Assembly (NCBI RefSeq): GCF_000143415.4
Contig: NW_003314307.1
Location: 1,313,684 to 1,377,683, forward strand
DNA length: 64,000 bases
Direction: 5' to 3'
Source of the DNA: Selaginella moellendorffii
Taxonomy: Eukaryota > Plantae > Lycopodiophyta
Shown here: positions 36,135 through 49,300 of the stretch, piece by piece
Layout: the number at the start of each line of letters is the position of its first letter
Position numbering within the stretch: position 1 is the first letter of the stretch
The notes under the pieces: model-generated
The model's input: only the letters and a program-made list of their open reading frames with translations
Databases searched by the model: none
What the model was told of the DNA's origin: nothing
Translations under genes and position numbers: made by a program

Positions 36135-37650
36135 CACATACCGTAAGATTGGGAAAACAAATTAACACCAACTTTGTATGTCGGAAATGGATGATGATGG
36201 GAATTGTAATATTGTTATTGTCCCACTTATACACAGCTAAGTGTTCAGTAGACTTCATTCGAACTAGTGGAAGAATGTTTGTCAAATATTGATCCTAAGA
36301 CCTAATATTGGCAGTTTATAGTAATTGTGAATGTAAACTCAACTCTATTGGCAGTATTAAATCATAATCATATAAAAGTTTATATGGTGAAGTAGCAATA
36401 AAACTCTATACCCTTATAACATACACATACCAAAAGATGGCAAATAACTATCCTAATTTAAATGTTGAAAATTTACATACTTCACAATCAAACGAGATGT
36501 TCCATTAAACCATTCATTTGTTGATGATAAGTAATTGTGAAAATGTGGCTTATCCCTAATTGAGATATTAAAATATAAAATGCCTTAGCCATAAATATAG
36601 GACCATTATCTAAGAGAATCCACTTTGGACAAGATTTTTGGAACATCACTCAATAGAGGAGGAAGTATCCAATAGTAATTGCAAATATACTAGCAAGAAC
36701 GCCAACTTCTACCTAACAAGTCAAGTAGTCATAAGCAATAATAATATACTCATTATCAATAGTCAACTTTGGAAAAGACCCTATTAAATCAAACACCACA
36801 AACTCAAATAAATAGAAAATTACAATTGATTCCAACCCTCCTTTTGCAACATGCAACATGAGAGGGAGTATTATAAGTTTGGCACCAAATACAGCTACAT
36901 ATATATGTGTCACATCTTTGGCCAATAAAAAAACTTACACAACTTCTCAATCACATAGTGATGTTTTATATACCTTGGATTGGTTGTAATTCCATCATGC
37001 CAAATATAACTTTAAGGCTTCTCCCCCTTATTTCATACTTCTTTATTTTTTTTTTCCATTTTTTTCACATTTTTTTCCTTCAAGAAAGAATATGGTGATC
37101 TCTTAGAATTTGATTTTTCTTTTAGGTCCAAAATTACAACATGTCATCTTATTCTAATTAGGGATGCTTGACCAATCAAGGTTCTTATTCAATATCGGTC
37201 ATCAAATGGCAACAATAGGGATTGTTGTGAGGGTTTAGCACAACATGAAAACAACCCACTCCAATGTTAACAGGTGATGATATGCTGCTACCTTTATGTC
37301 TTTAGACTAACTCAATCTATGTTTGTATAAGTTCATCGAGGTCATTTATATTCAATAAATCAATCATACCCTTTCACTTGGGATAATGGATAGATATTAA
37401 TAACCTACTGCATTGGCAGTAAAACCTTACCCTAATCCTATCATACTTTGCATATCTCTGCTCCTATAATAAAGCTATTTATTGTGTTTAAGAATCCAAT
37501 TTTTTTGTTCATATGGTGAGGAAGAATGTGTATGTAGATGGTCCACCTCACCGAAAAAGTGCTTTGTGCTAGGTATTATACACAAACATTAAGAAGATAT
37601 TGAAGAAGGGTGTTATTTGAAAGTTTCGGAGTCCTTAGGCATGTGAAAAT
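36135..37650 (-). pseudogene. Highly decayed LTR-retrotransposon pol remnant
   Basis: FDLIGSFPK...NEYIIIAYDYLT (36713-36800) resembles the integrase GLDLIGPFP...YIIVAVDYLTKW motif; AT-rich with many stops. Confidence 0.5.
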
Positions 37651-39154
37651 TGTAAGCCACAATTTTTCTTTTCCAATTTGCCAATTTAGTTAATTTGGAA
37701 TCACTACTAAAGAGTTCCTTCAAGGCTAATTCCTAGACCTCACTATCCTTATTATACTTTGGAACCCCTTGTAGTCCCCCTTGGGAGACAATCATTTTGA
37801 GCTTTCACCCCACAACCTTAATTAATATTTAGAATCAGTCTTAGACTCGGTTTCGGACCCAATATCAGATCTTAGACTCGGACCTGATCTCGGATCTCGG
37901 ACTTAGTCTCAGACTCGGACCCGATCTCGGATCTCGGACTTAGTCTCAGACTCGGACCCGATCTCGGATCTCAGACTTGGTCTCAGACTTAGTTTCGGAC
38001 TTAGTCTCAGACTCGGACCCGATCTCGGATCTCGGACTTGGTCTCAGACTCAGTTTCGGACTTAGTCTCGAATATGGTATCGAAGTCGGTCTCAGACTCG
38101 ATCTTGGACTTGGTCTCATCTAATGAATTTTTTATCATTCCAATTGTGATTTCAGGGATCCTTTAGCCTATGACATCTCAGGGAGTTGGTTCCTTACAAC
38201 TTCACCACCTATAGAAAAAGTTCTATGCTCACATTGAACATCTTTATTTAATCCCACAATTTGTTGACCATGTTTCCAAGGGCATCTCCCACTTAGTGTT
38301 GTGTCTAAGCTAGCCTCCCCAATTACAAGCCAATGATAATGAAATATAGGTGTCCCTATACCCCTCACCTCATCTCGCTCTAGTATAGGGTAGGGACTTG
38401 AACCCAGCCTTGCTTTACTATAGGGTTGGGACTTGAACCCAACCTCTATAGAATACATTTACAGATTTGACATCCCCTCAAAGAGTTAGGTGTAGAGCTC
38501 TATGCTTGGTTAACTTAGCTAAACCCATGCTAATTAGCTTACCTTTAGCATGCCTTCGGGTCCCAACATATGTTATTACTCTAGTTATTACTCATTAGTT
38601 TGGTCTTCAAAAACATAACATCACAAATAATCTTCCAACTACCTATTCACCTTTTTCATTTGTCCATTTATCAAGAAGTGTTATTGCCATCATGCTTGAC
38701 TCAATACTCAATACCTGTTTATGGGTGATAGGCTGTGTAGAGTTTTATCTTGATGCAATATTGCTTCAAGAGAGTTTTCTAGAACTTACTAGTGAAAATC
38801 TTATCTAGATTTGAGATAATTTCTTCAGGCCTTCCCTGCACTTGAACTATTTGTTTGAAGAATAGCTTTATTACACTTTTCACATCCACTTCTATTGTAA
38901 TGGGTATGAAATATACTATTTTAGAAAACCAATCGACCACCACGAATATTGCATCAAACCCTTCATTTGAGAAGAGTCCTGTGATGAAGTCCATTGTATT
39001 GGGAGACTTTGTAACAAACCCCCACTAGCTTTAGTCACAGATTTTACTTCTAATATGTTTTTAAATAGTTTTAAATGTCCTTAGCCATATCTAGCCAATG
39101 ATATAGTAAACCTATTGTCTTGGGCAATCTGCCGTATCCCATAAAAGATCCATG

Positions 39155-39354
39155 TGTAAACAACTAAAAAGAACAACTTGAAAAAAACTCTATAGAGGTT
39201 TAAATATAGAGAGAAAGGGCCCATGAACAAGAAAGAGTGCACTCTTTTTTTTCCAATTGATTAATGGTTTTTAGGATATTTGGGGTTAAATGTCTTTGGG
39301 TAATACTATTGAGTTGAGTGACCTCCCAAGAAGTCTAAACTCAAGAGTTTTACA
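39155..39354 (+). mobile_element. Solo LTR of the Cassandra-like TRIM
   Basis: Homologous to 8988-9181 including the 5S-like segment (TAATACTATTGAGTTGAGTGACCTCCCAAGAAGTC); near-TSD CCATG/CCATT. Confidence 0.75.
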
Positions 39355-40728
39355 CCATTATGACACTCTTTTATAGCTAATTTCCTTAGTTCCTATTGTG
39401 AAATATATACCCTTGTCTACTTATAATAGATGAGTCCATTGTATTTCATATAACTTGTTTTCTCTTCTTTAGGTGGCTTACCTTTCTGGTGAGCATCTCG
39501 TGCCTTCAAATGTTCGGCATACTTCTCTAGTGTCTCACTACAGATTAGGATCATCAATGTAAACAACTATGAAATGATCTAGATAGGGTACAAAAATATG
39601 GTTTATCAATGCTAAGAATGTTACTAGTGCATTATATAGCCCAAAGAGCATCACTAAAACCTCAAAACTTCCATACTTCATTCAACAGGTTGTCTTCTTG
39701 ACATCTTCCTTTGCTATCTTAATTTAATAGTATCCTAATCTTAGGTTAAACCTTGAGAAGCATTTAACCTTTCCTAACCTATTGAATAGATCCTCAATCT
39801 TTGGTAAAGGGTATTTATTCTTCTTTGTATACTTGTTGAGCAACTAATACTTTATGCACATGCACATAGAGCTATCTTTCTTTTTCACAAATAACATTAG
39901 TGTTCTATATAATGATTTGCTCAACCTAATATACCTTTTATCCACTAACTCTTCAAGTTAGTACTTGAACTCCTCGAGTTCCTTTTCGTTTAATCGATAA
40001 GGGGGATGAACCACCACCTAACACCTTCAACTAGCTCAATCTTATGTTTTATCGATCAAGTGGGGGGTAATCCCACCCATAATTCCTCTAACATAGTATC
40101 TTGAAATTGATTTAACACCTCCTAGATCACTAAAGGTACTTCTTTTATTCCCATTTTTTTGTCACTCCCCAATAAAAATAAGCACAAAAATACTGCCTTG
40201 GTTCCTTTAATGAGTTATCCTCTTGTGGACACCAAGTTCAAACAGGAGTCTTTAGCTTTACATTGCCCTACCTTTAGATCCTAGGCCTCCACCCTAGATC
40301 ATTCTCTTTGGGCATTTGCCAGTACTATGAAGTTTCTATATTGTCCATGCAAGGCCGCCACAAACTAATTGAACCAATCCATCTCAAAGATCATGTTAAA
40401 ACATTTTATGTACAATATGGTGAAATCCATATCCACTTGCTATGTCCCTACTTTAATTGTTGCCTGTTAAAGTATTTCATTGATGCTTTAGTTACCTTGA
40501 ACAAACTCTATAGTCCTTGGTTCACCCAACTGTTAAACCATTAGTCTGGCTTGTTAGACTATATCTGTAGCCACAAAATTATCTAAAGCACCCATGTCAA
40601 TAAGGTGTAAGGAACCGACTCGCCGAGGTGTCGTAGGCTAAAGGAGCCCCGAAAGCTTGACCAAAATGATAAAGAGTTCATCAGATGGGACCAAGTCTAA
40701 GATCGAGTCCAAGACCGACTCTAAGACC

Positions 40729-40828
40729 NNNNNNNNNNNNNNNNNNNNNNNNNNNNNNNNNNNNNNNNNNNNNNNNNNNNNNNNNNNNNNNNNNNNNNNN
40801 NNNNNNNNNNNNNNNNNNNNNNNNNNNN
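40729..40828. other. Assembly gap (100 N) over the hexamer-repeat part of the 5' LTR
   Basis: Run of N; the equivalent 3' LTR segment holds the CCGAGA/TCCGAG array. Confidence 0.99.
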
Positions 40829-41591
40829 AGTGAGGTCCAGGAACCAGTCTTGAAGGAACTCTCCAGTGGTGCTTCCAAACCGACTTGAGGTTGAGACTGG
40901 GGCCGAGGGGCCTTGGGTGGGAGTGAGCATGGGTTTGGGTGGTGCCGGAGGGGCCACCCAGGGAAGTGTTCAAGAGCAGCTCCCACTCCCAAAAGGGAAA
41001 CCGACTGCGGTGCTCCCGGCTCATGTGGAGTGGTGCCCCACTTGAGTACTTTGCGGCTCATTGGTCCTCACCCTTCCTAGGGGCTTGGGCCTTCCCTTCG
41101 GGATGGAAGTGGGGGGGTAGAGGTACCCATACCGGGCTGTTAGGCCACGGTGTTTCACCCCGACGTCCCGAAGCAAGTGCTACACCCAAGGCTTGGGATT
41201 TAGAGGGTCCCATGATCAAGTCTTGTTGTACCAAGGGGTGTTAGGAACTTGGAGGCTTGGTGTGCTTGGCTGCTTGTGCCTTCGGGGAGTGTAGCCGAAC
41301 CTTAAGTCCAGTTTAACCTGGGGAGGGGGATTGAGAGAAATTTGGGTATCCGTAGATGGATGGCTAACACTCTGTTGCTCGTGCAGTGAGTAGCTGAAAC
41401 CAAGTAGGACCAAGTAGGAGCTGGTACAATAGGCGAGAACCTTGGCAAGGGAACTTAGCACAAGCCAAGGCAGTGTTGGTCGGATAGACGAGGTAAGCTG
41501 GCAAATTGGAAAGGAAAAATTTGTGGCTTACAATTTAGTATCGGAGCCTTTTCCTCAGTTCTAGCGAAGGATAGAGGCGGATTGCTGGGAG

Positions 41592-44500
41592 ATGGCAAGG
41601 GCAGGGTGTAAACGAACCCAGGCGGAGACAGAACCTCCGCCGGAGCTGGAGCCTCCAGTCGAACAAGAGGCTATGGATGAGGAATCCTTGCATGAGGAGG
41701 ACTTTAGTGAGGAAGCTTCCAAACAAGAGTTCGGTGGTGAGGTTCGGTCGTCCAAGGCTCGATTGGACGTGCTAGAAGGACAATTGGCACAGACCAATGC
41801 CCTGCTGGAGACCCTCGTACGCAAGCTAAAGCATGACAAAAAGCGGAAGAAAAAGAGAAAGACTGCGGATGTTGGCAGCGCAGAAGGTGCGGACCCTTCG
41901 GCAGGGACTGAGGCAGAACCAAACAAGGTCGAACAGACCGAAGTAGAATTAGTCCCTCAGGCAGTTCCCAAGTATAAACCAAAGCCCCCACCGGTCTTCA
42001 AGGGAGTGAATAAGGTGGTGGAGGATTGGTTTTACGATATGAAGGACTACTTCTGAGCGTTGTGATTACCGAGCTCGGAGAAGGTCCCATGTGCAAAATC
42101 ACACTTGCCAGATAATGGCAAGTCTTGGTGGAGAACGACGGAGGCCAACGAAGGACCAGTGGCCACTTGGGACATGATGAAGGCGAGGATCCGCGCAACA
42201 TACGTTCCTCCGAATGCCACTCTACATCTAAGAGACGAGCTGAGTAAGCTGACGTAGACTGGAACCATCCAGGAATATGTGAATGGGTTCATGGCAAAGA
42301 GGATACTTGTCACGGACATAGGGGATATGGATGCATTCCATGCCTTCATATCGGGTTTGCAAACCTAGGCTCGCGGTGAGGTGATGTGCTGAAACCCGAC
42401 CAACTACAAGGAAGCGTTGGATGCGGCCATCAAGGTGCATTTCAACAATAACTTGCGAAAGGGGAACACGACGAGGTCGGGATCCACATTTAGCAAAGGG
42501 GCCAAACCAAGGGGAACGTATAGCAGGGGGAAATTCAAAAAGAGTTTCTCTAAGAATGAGTCCTCGGGGTTCCGGAAAGGCAAATCCGGTGGCCAGCGAG
42601 CGAGTACGTGGGGGAGTCAAGCGAAAAGAGACAAACCCACGGATAAGAAGGTCAAGTCGGTTAGCAGCGTGGGAAACAACTTATGCTACAACTGCGGTGA
42701 AGTGGGACACTTTTCGAGGGAATGTCCCTACTCGAAGAAGGCCAGAGCCAATATGACCATCAAGTCGGGTGAAGTCCAAACTAAGGTATGTGATCCAGTC
42801 CCTAACTCAAAGTTACTCATTACACGAGCAACTTTGGTAGAGAGTCGTTCGCGACATCTACTAGCCCTCCGAGGAAAGCTCGGAGGTAGCTTTGTTAAGA
42901 TCCTTATTGACATGGGTGCTTCGGATAATTTTGTGGCTGCAGACATAGTCCGGTAAGTTGGACTAACGGTGCAACGGCTAGGGGAACCAAGGACTATAGA
43001 GTTTGTTCAAGGTAGCCAAAGCACCGATGAGGTACTTCGACAAGCGAGAGTCGAAGTAAGGACATGGAAAGTAGACATGGATTTCACCGTGTTGGACATG
43101 GCAGGATTTGACGTGATCTTCGGAATAGATTGGTTCAATCGGTTCGTGGTAGCCCTGCATGAACAAGGTAGGAACCTTGTGGTACTGGCGAATGCCCAAG
43201 GAAGAAGATCTAGGGTGGAGGCCCAGGATCTAAAGGTAGGGCAAAGCAAGGCCAAATAATCCTGCTTAAACCTGGTGTCCACGAGAGGACAACTCACTAA
43301 ACGAACTAAGGCAGCATTTTTGTGTTTACTCTCGGTGAAGAGTGACAAAAAGACAGGAACAGAAGAAGTACCTTTAGTGATCCAATGGGTGTTGGACCAA
43401 TTCCAGGATACCATGTCGGAGGAGTTACCGGCGGGGTTGCCCCCCGCATGACCGATAAAACATAAGATTGAGCTAGTCGAGGGTGCTGAGGCGGTGGTTC
43501 ATCCCCCCTATCGTTTGAACAAAAAAGAACTCAAGGAGCTCAAGTGCCAACTAGAGGAGTTGGTGGACAAAGGGTATGTTAGGTTGAGCAAGTCGCCGTA
43601 TGGGGCGCCGGTGTTATTTGTGAAAAAGAAAGATGGATCTATGCGCATGTGCATAGATTACCGGTTGCTCAACAAGTATACAAAGAAGAACAAGTACCCT
43701 TTGCCAAGGATTGAGGACATTTTCGATAGGTTGGGAAGGGCAAAATACTTCTCGAGGATTGACTTAAGGTCAGGATACTACCAGATCAGGGTAGCTGAGG
43801 AAGATGTCGAGAAGACAACCTGTCGAACGAGGTATGGGAGCTTTGAGTTTCTGGTGATGCCCTTTGGGCTATGCAATGCGCCGGCAACGTTTTCGGTGTT
43901 GATGAACCACATCTTTGTACCCTATCTGAATCACTTTGTGGTCGTCTATATCGACGACATCCTAATCTATAGCGAGACGCTAGAGAAGCATGCCGAACAC
44001 TTGGCGAAGGTGTTTGAGAAACTAAGGGAACACAAACTGTATGCTAAAGAGAGCAAATGTGACTTTGCTCAACAAGAGGTAAAGTTTCTCGGGCATGTGG
44101 TGGGCCAAGACTGGCTCAAGGTGGACCCGGAGAAGGTCCAAGCGATCCAGGAATGGGAGCGACCATCGAATATACATGAGTTGAGGGCGTTCTTGGGGCT
44201 ATGCAACTACTACCGAAAGTTTATCAGACACTATTCGAGAGTAGCCCTGCCCTTAACAGACCAAACAGGAAAAGGGAAGATGGTATGGACAGCAGAATGC
44301 GAGGCGGCATTCGTCCACCTCAAAGGGAAGTTGAGGAAGGCTCCCGTGTTGGCATTACCAGACTTTGGTAAGGACTTTGAGGTAGAAACAGATGCTTCAG
44401 ACTTTGCGTTGGGCGCAGTTTTGAAGCAAGACAACCATCCAGTAGAATTCTTCTCAAAGAAGTTGAACAAGGCTCAACGGAAGTGGCCTGCCCACGAGAA

Positions 44501-45912
44501 GGAATTGTTTGCAGTGGTCAAGGCGCTCAAGGAGTGGCGACACTACCTTGGGAGACACTTCAAGGTTTACACAGACAATGTGGCAACGAAACACTTCTTG
44601 TCACAGCCCGACCTGAGAGGGAAACAAGGTCGGTGGACCAATGCCTTGGTCGAGTTTGATTGCGAGATTCTGTACAAGCCTGGGAAGAACAACATCGTGG
44701 CGGATGCGCTAAGTCGAAAAGCGAGCTTGAGGTTGGCGATATCCAGCGCAATAGCAACCTTCTGGGACGATGTGCGGACAGCATATGAGAACGATAGTCT
44801 AGCACAAGAAGTGTTGCTGAGGAATCTAGAGGCACGGGAAGCTCACTAGAGAGGTGAGCTGCCAACGGAAGAGAAAACGAGCTATGCGGAACGCAACGGA
44901 CTCATCTATTACAAGCAAACGAGGGTGTATGTTCCAGAAGCGGAACTAAGGAGGGTAGCCTTAGAAAAGTGTCATAACGGATCTCTTGCGGGACACGGCG
45001 GAGTGCCCAAAACGATGGGCTTACTCAAGAGAAAGTACCATTGGCCAGATATGGCTAAGGATGTCCAAGACTATGTAAAGACATGTCCAACATGTCAGCC
45101 GGTCAAAGCCGTGACTAAGGCTAGTGGGGGCTTGTTGCAAAGCATCCCAATTCCAGATCGTTCGTGGAAATGTCTTACGATGGACTTCATCATGGGACTT
45201 CCCCCAAGCGAGGGGTTTGATGCGATATTCGTGGTGGTGGACTGGTTTTCGAAAATGGCACATTTCATACCCACCACAACGGAAGTGGATGCAGAAGGTG
45301 TGGCGAAGCTGTTCTTCGAACAAGTGGTTCGAGTGCGGGGAAGGCCAGAAGAGATCATCTCAGATCGAGATAAGATCTTCACTAGTAGGTTCTAAAGGAC
45401 TCTCCTGGAACAGTATCGCACCAAGTTGAAATTCAGCACAACCTATCACCCACAGACAGGTATGGGGTATGGGGTATTAAGTCAAGTTTGGTGGCACTAA
45501 CACTTCTTGACAGACGGACAAACGGAAAGGGTGAATAGGCAGCTGGAGGATTATTTGCGATGCTATGTCTCGGGAGACCAGACCGATTGGGTAAGTCATT
45601 TGGGACTTGCGGAAATGTGTTATAACAACTCACCACATTTGAGTATCGGGGTGAGTCCATGGGAACTCATCAATGCGCGAGCTATTGAAGGTCCTGTGGA
45701 ACTCGGCATGGCCGAGTATCATGGAGAGCTACCAGTAGTGGAGGCATTCACGGCAGAAAGACTCAACATTTGGAATCTAGTGAGGGATTCCTTGGAACGG
45801 GCGCAACAAAGGCAAACCAAGTACGCGAACCAGAAGCGCCGGGACATAGAGTTCCAAGCTGGGGAGAAGGTGTGGTTGAACACCAAGAACCTCAGGCTAC
45901 CAAGTGGGATCA
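41592..45912 (+). pseudogene. gag-pol of element C (gag, PR, RT, RH, integrase core); continues at 59689-60110
   Basis: Single frame broken mostly by CAG>TAG/CGA>TGA-type stops; RT ORF 43494-44849; integrase 44925-45912 with an intron at 45460-45513. Confidence 0.92.
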
Positions 45913-46354
45913 AAGCTCTATTTTGTTAAAGTGGGAATTGTCATTATCCCACTTGTAAAATAAGGTTTCCAAACCTTTATATAGTATATAAATATAACAA
46001 AATTCAACTGCATTGAGGCACATGCCATTTTATTTTAAACAAGGAAATGTCTACTCAATCACTTCTCCTCCCCCTGCCACTGCTTCACCTCTCTCTTCTC
46101 CTTGTCATCGTCGTCCAATTTCTTTCCATCCTTTTAATATTGGCTCAGTTGCTCCGAGTTTAGGTGGAGCCCAAGTCCCCATTCAATCTTTACTTTCCCC
46201 TTATTAATAAAACAACTTCGTAGACTTCCAATAACATGCTGTAACACTTCTAGTATAATGCAAATCCTCTCAAAGAATTGTCTTTTAATATTAATACAAT
46301 GGCATGGAACCCCATGCCATAATAAGTTACATTTTTAAATAAATACATGCCATC

Positions 46355-49300
46355 TCAGACTGTTATTTTTTGCCTCCAACGCCTATACAATAATCTTGGA
46401 ATTTCATCACTCTCCACACTATCAGGATTTAAACCCAATAGTAATGCCATCTTTTCTCTAATACGTCCACGCTCATGTTTAGTGGTCGAAGAACCCATCC
46501 GGTTGAGTAGATTATGGAGATGCGGATAGTGCTTGGCTAGACAATATACATGCCATAAATGATGACTGGTGTCTGTCCAATCAAATGGCTTCTGATATAC
46601 CATTCCATCTGCCATTTGGTTGATTTCTGCAGCCACCTCCTGGACTGGCCGGTTCTCTATCACCATCGCTCCAAGCCGTTTTGCAAGGTCCCCCAAAACA
46701 TACGATTTCTTCTCCCTAGTTTCCATACTGCAAGAGATGGGGTGCACTGCATATGTGTGCGTGTTCGCTGCAGTTTTAATCGGCGAGTCATCAATAATGA
46801 GGATTTCACTTGACCTAGCAGTCCGGTTCATCACTACAGCCTCTGGCTTGACGAAGATGGGCTTGCTACCCCTCACATGGACCATAGTCAAGCAATCCTC
46901 CTACGTTAGGAGAAAGTCAAATGGTAATATTACTCGCGTCTGATCGTGCATCATCAGTAGCAACGTTAATGCATTGTGGCGCATCATGGATGTCCAAACT
47001 CCCAACTGCAAATTGAACCCGGCCCTCTGTTTTAAGTGTCGCATGGTCATTATTAGATCCCGCAGTTTCTCCCGTGTGATTAATGTGAATCTGTCTCTTT
47101 TGACCAACTTGCGACCGCAGACTTTGGAGGGTGCAGTGACATTCGAGGACGAGCCACGCTCATAGGAGAAAAGGACACCGTTCAGATCAAAAACAATACA
47201 GTACCTTCGCCGTGACTTTGAAATGAAATGCGTCAGCATAAAAAATAGTACAAGTCAATTTTACCATCTACAATATTAGCGAATGGTGCTCCCGATGGTC
47301 GTTGAGAGGGTTTTGGTTGAGGAAACGTGAAGGGCGGAAATACTCTCCTTTGCAATGTGGGGTCAATCGCATCTGATGGCATGTGGGCACATGCCATTTC
47401 AGCTGTAGACTCTGGTACAACTGGCTCAATAGTGGTATGGGGTGGTTCCGATGGCGTGTGATCACACGCCATTTCAGCTGGTGCCTCCGTTGGCAAAGTG
47501 GACATGACCGAACAGGCAGCAGGGGCGGTGTAGGGAGGTTCCAATGGCGCGTAGTCAGACGATTGGGCACACGTTGAGTCCGTTGGAAATGAGGATACGA
47601 CCGGCTCGGCAGCTGGGGCGGCCTCATGCGGGTCCAATGGCGCCTGGTCACCGTCAGTTGGATACGTGGACAAGATTGACTCAGTGGTATGGGCAGCATC
47701 AAGTGGAGCGTGGTCAGTTTGCTTGGCGTTGATATGGATAGTAGCCTCCACCAGCTCTGATGACTCTTGCAGGCAAGTAGAGTCCACTGGCGGATCCATA
47801 TGCATGTCCAAATATCTCCCTTCGATTGAGATGGTATCCTCCCTACTGGCTACTAAAAACAAACTCATTAGCACATTGAATCGACTATACTGTATTTACC
47901 ATCAACTGCTATTGAGGAACTAGGACCGATATCACTTGGGCGCACTGCTGATTCTGAAGGATTGGACATACGTTTCGACCCTTGCTTGGCACTATCCTTC
48001 CTCGACACTAAAGGCTAGAGTTTGTATCTTAATTCAACTGAATAATCTCTACTTACCATTTGTTTTGCAACCTACATGGACAATGTTAGAAATGGTAAAA
48101 GGTTAGGAATGGATGTACTATTATTTACCTGATGGTTTGTCTTGTATGACCTTCCTCCGTTGCTCTTTGGCCACCTCAGGCTGGCCATCGTCGTCATCAT
48201 CGTCGTCGTTGTTATTGTGATCGTCACCATTGTGAGGATCATCCAAGTCCTCTTCGTCCTCCTCTTCTTCGTCCTCCTCTTCTTTGACCTCCTCTTCTTT
48301 GTCCTCCTCTTCGTCCTTCTGCTCTTCCTGCTCATTATCTTTCTCTGGCTCCTCATCCCCCTCCTGCATTTCTTCCATAGGCTGCTCAGGCTGGATGGCT
48401 TGTTCTTCCAGGACCATCTTGGGAAAATCATCTGGCCGAGTCTCCATCTCAAAATACAAGACATCCATAGCCTGTTTTAGTGCGTGACCTAGGACCGTAT
48501 CCTCACCTGACTATCTTAACATGGTTTCTGCACGTTCTTGCACCCTTCGAAGACGACGAGATGAGAAAAACGTGGCCCTGACTTGAAAAACATCCCTCAT
48601 CCATTGTACCTCTCCATTGAGATTGGGGAAGGGGAGTCCGCCATAGGAATCTGAGTCAGGAGGTGGTGACTAGCTGCTTTCACTCAGCCCTTGATCTGCA
48701 ATGAATGGCATGAGCACACACGCCATAACCGCGAGGCATTACCTATCATCTTTTCGTTGCCCTTCTTCCTTTTCGAATCAAACGCCTCTGATCCCGACGA
48801 CTGTCCAACGTGCTTTCGCTTTTTATGACCACTGTCAGTTTGAGCTTGGCTGGTGCTTGCCTGTTTTGCCTTTGAAGAAGTGTCTCCTGCAAGGAATGGC
48901 ATGAGACCACACGCCATTGCAAATATAATTTGTACCTCATTTTTTCCTATTGCTTGTCTGTTTGTCCTTCTTCGACGTGCCACCAGTGCGCTTTTCAATC
49001 CTCGTGTCTGAATATTCACAACGATCTATAATCAAAATGGCGTGAGGCCTCACATGACCTTACTTTGTGCAGGTTGTGAGCTCGGCCTAACATGGGTATC
49101 TTCAACAGTAGCTGTTAACGCCGTTTCAGCATCTGGGGGTGGCCACGCTCCTGCATACAGAGCTTGTGAGATAACATTTAAACTTAAAGTGCATACTCAC
49201 CAAGTTCGCAGAGAGGATACTGTTTTTCTTTGGCAACTGTAATTATATGTTCCATTGAAGTCACCTCTTCAATGGAGTTTGTCACCGCAACACACGGGAC

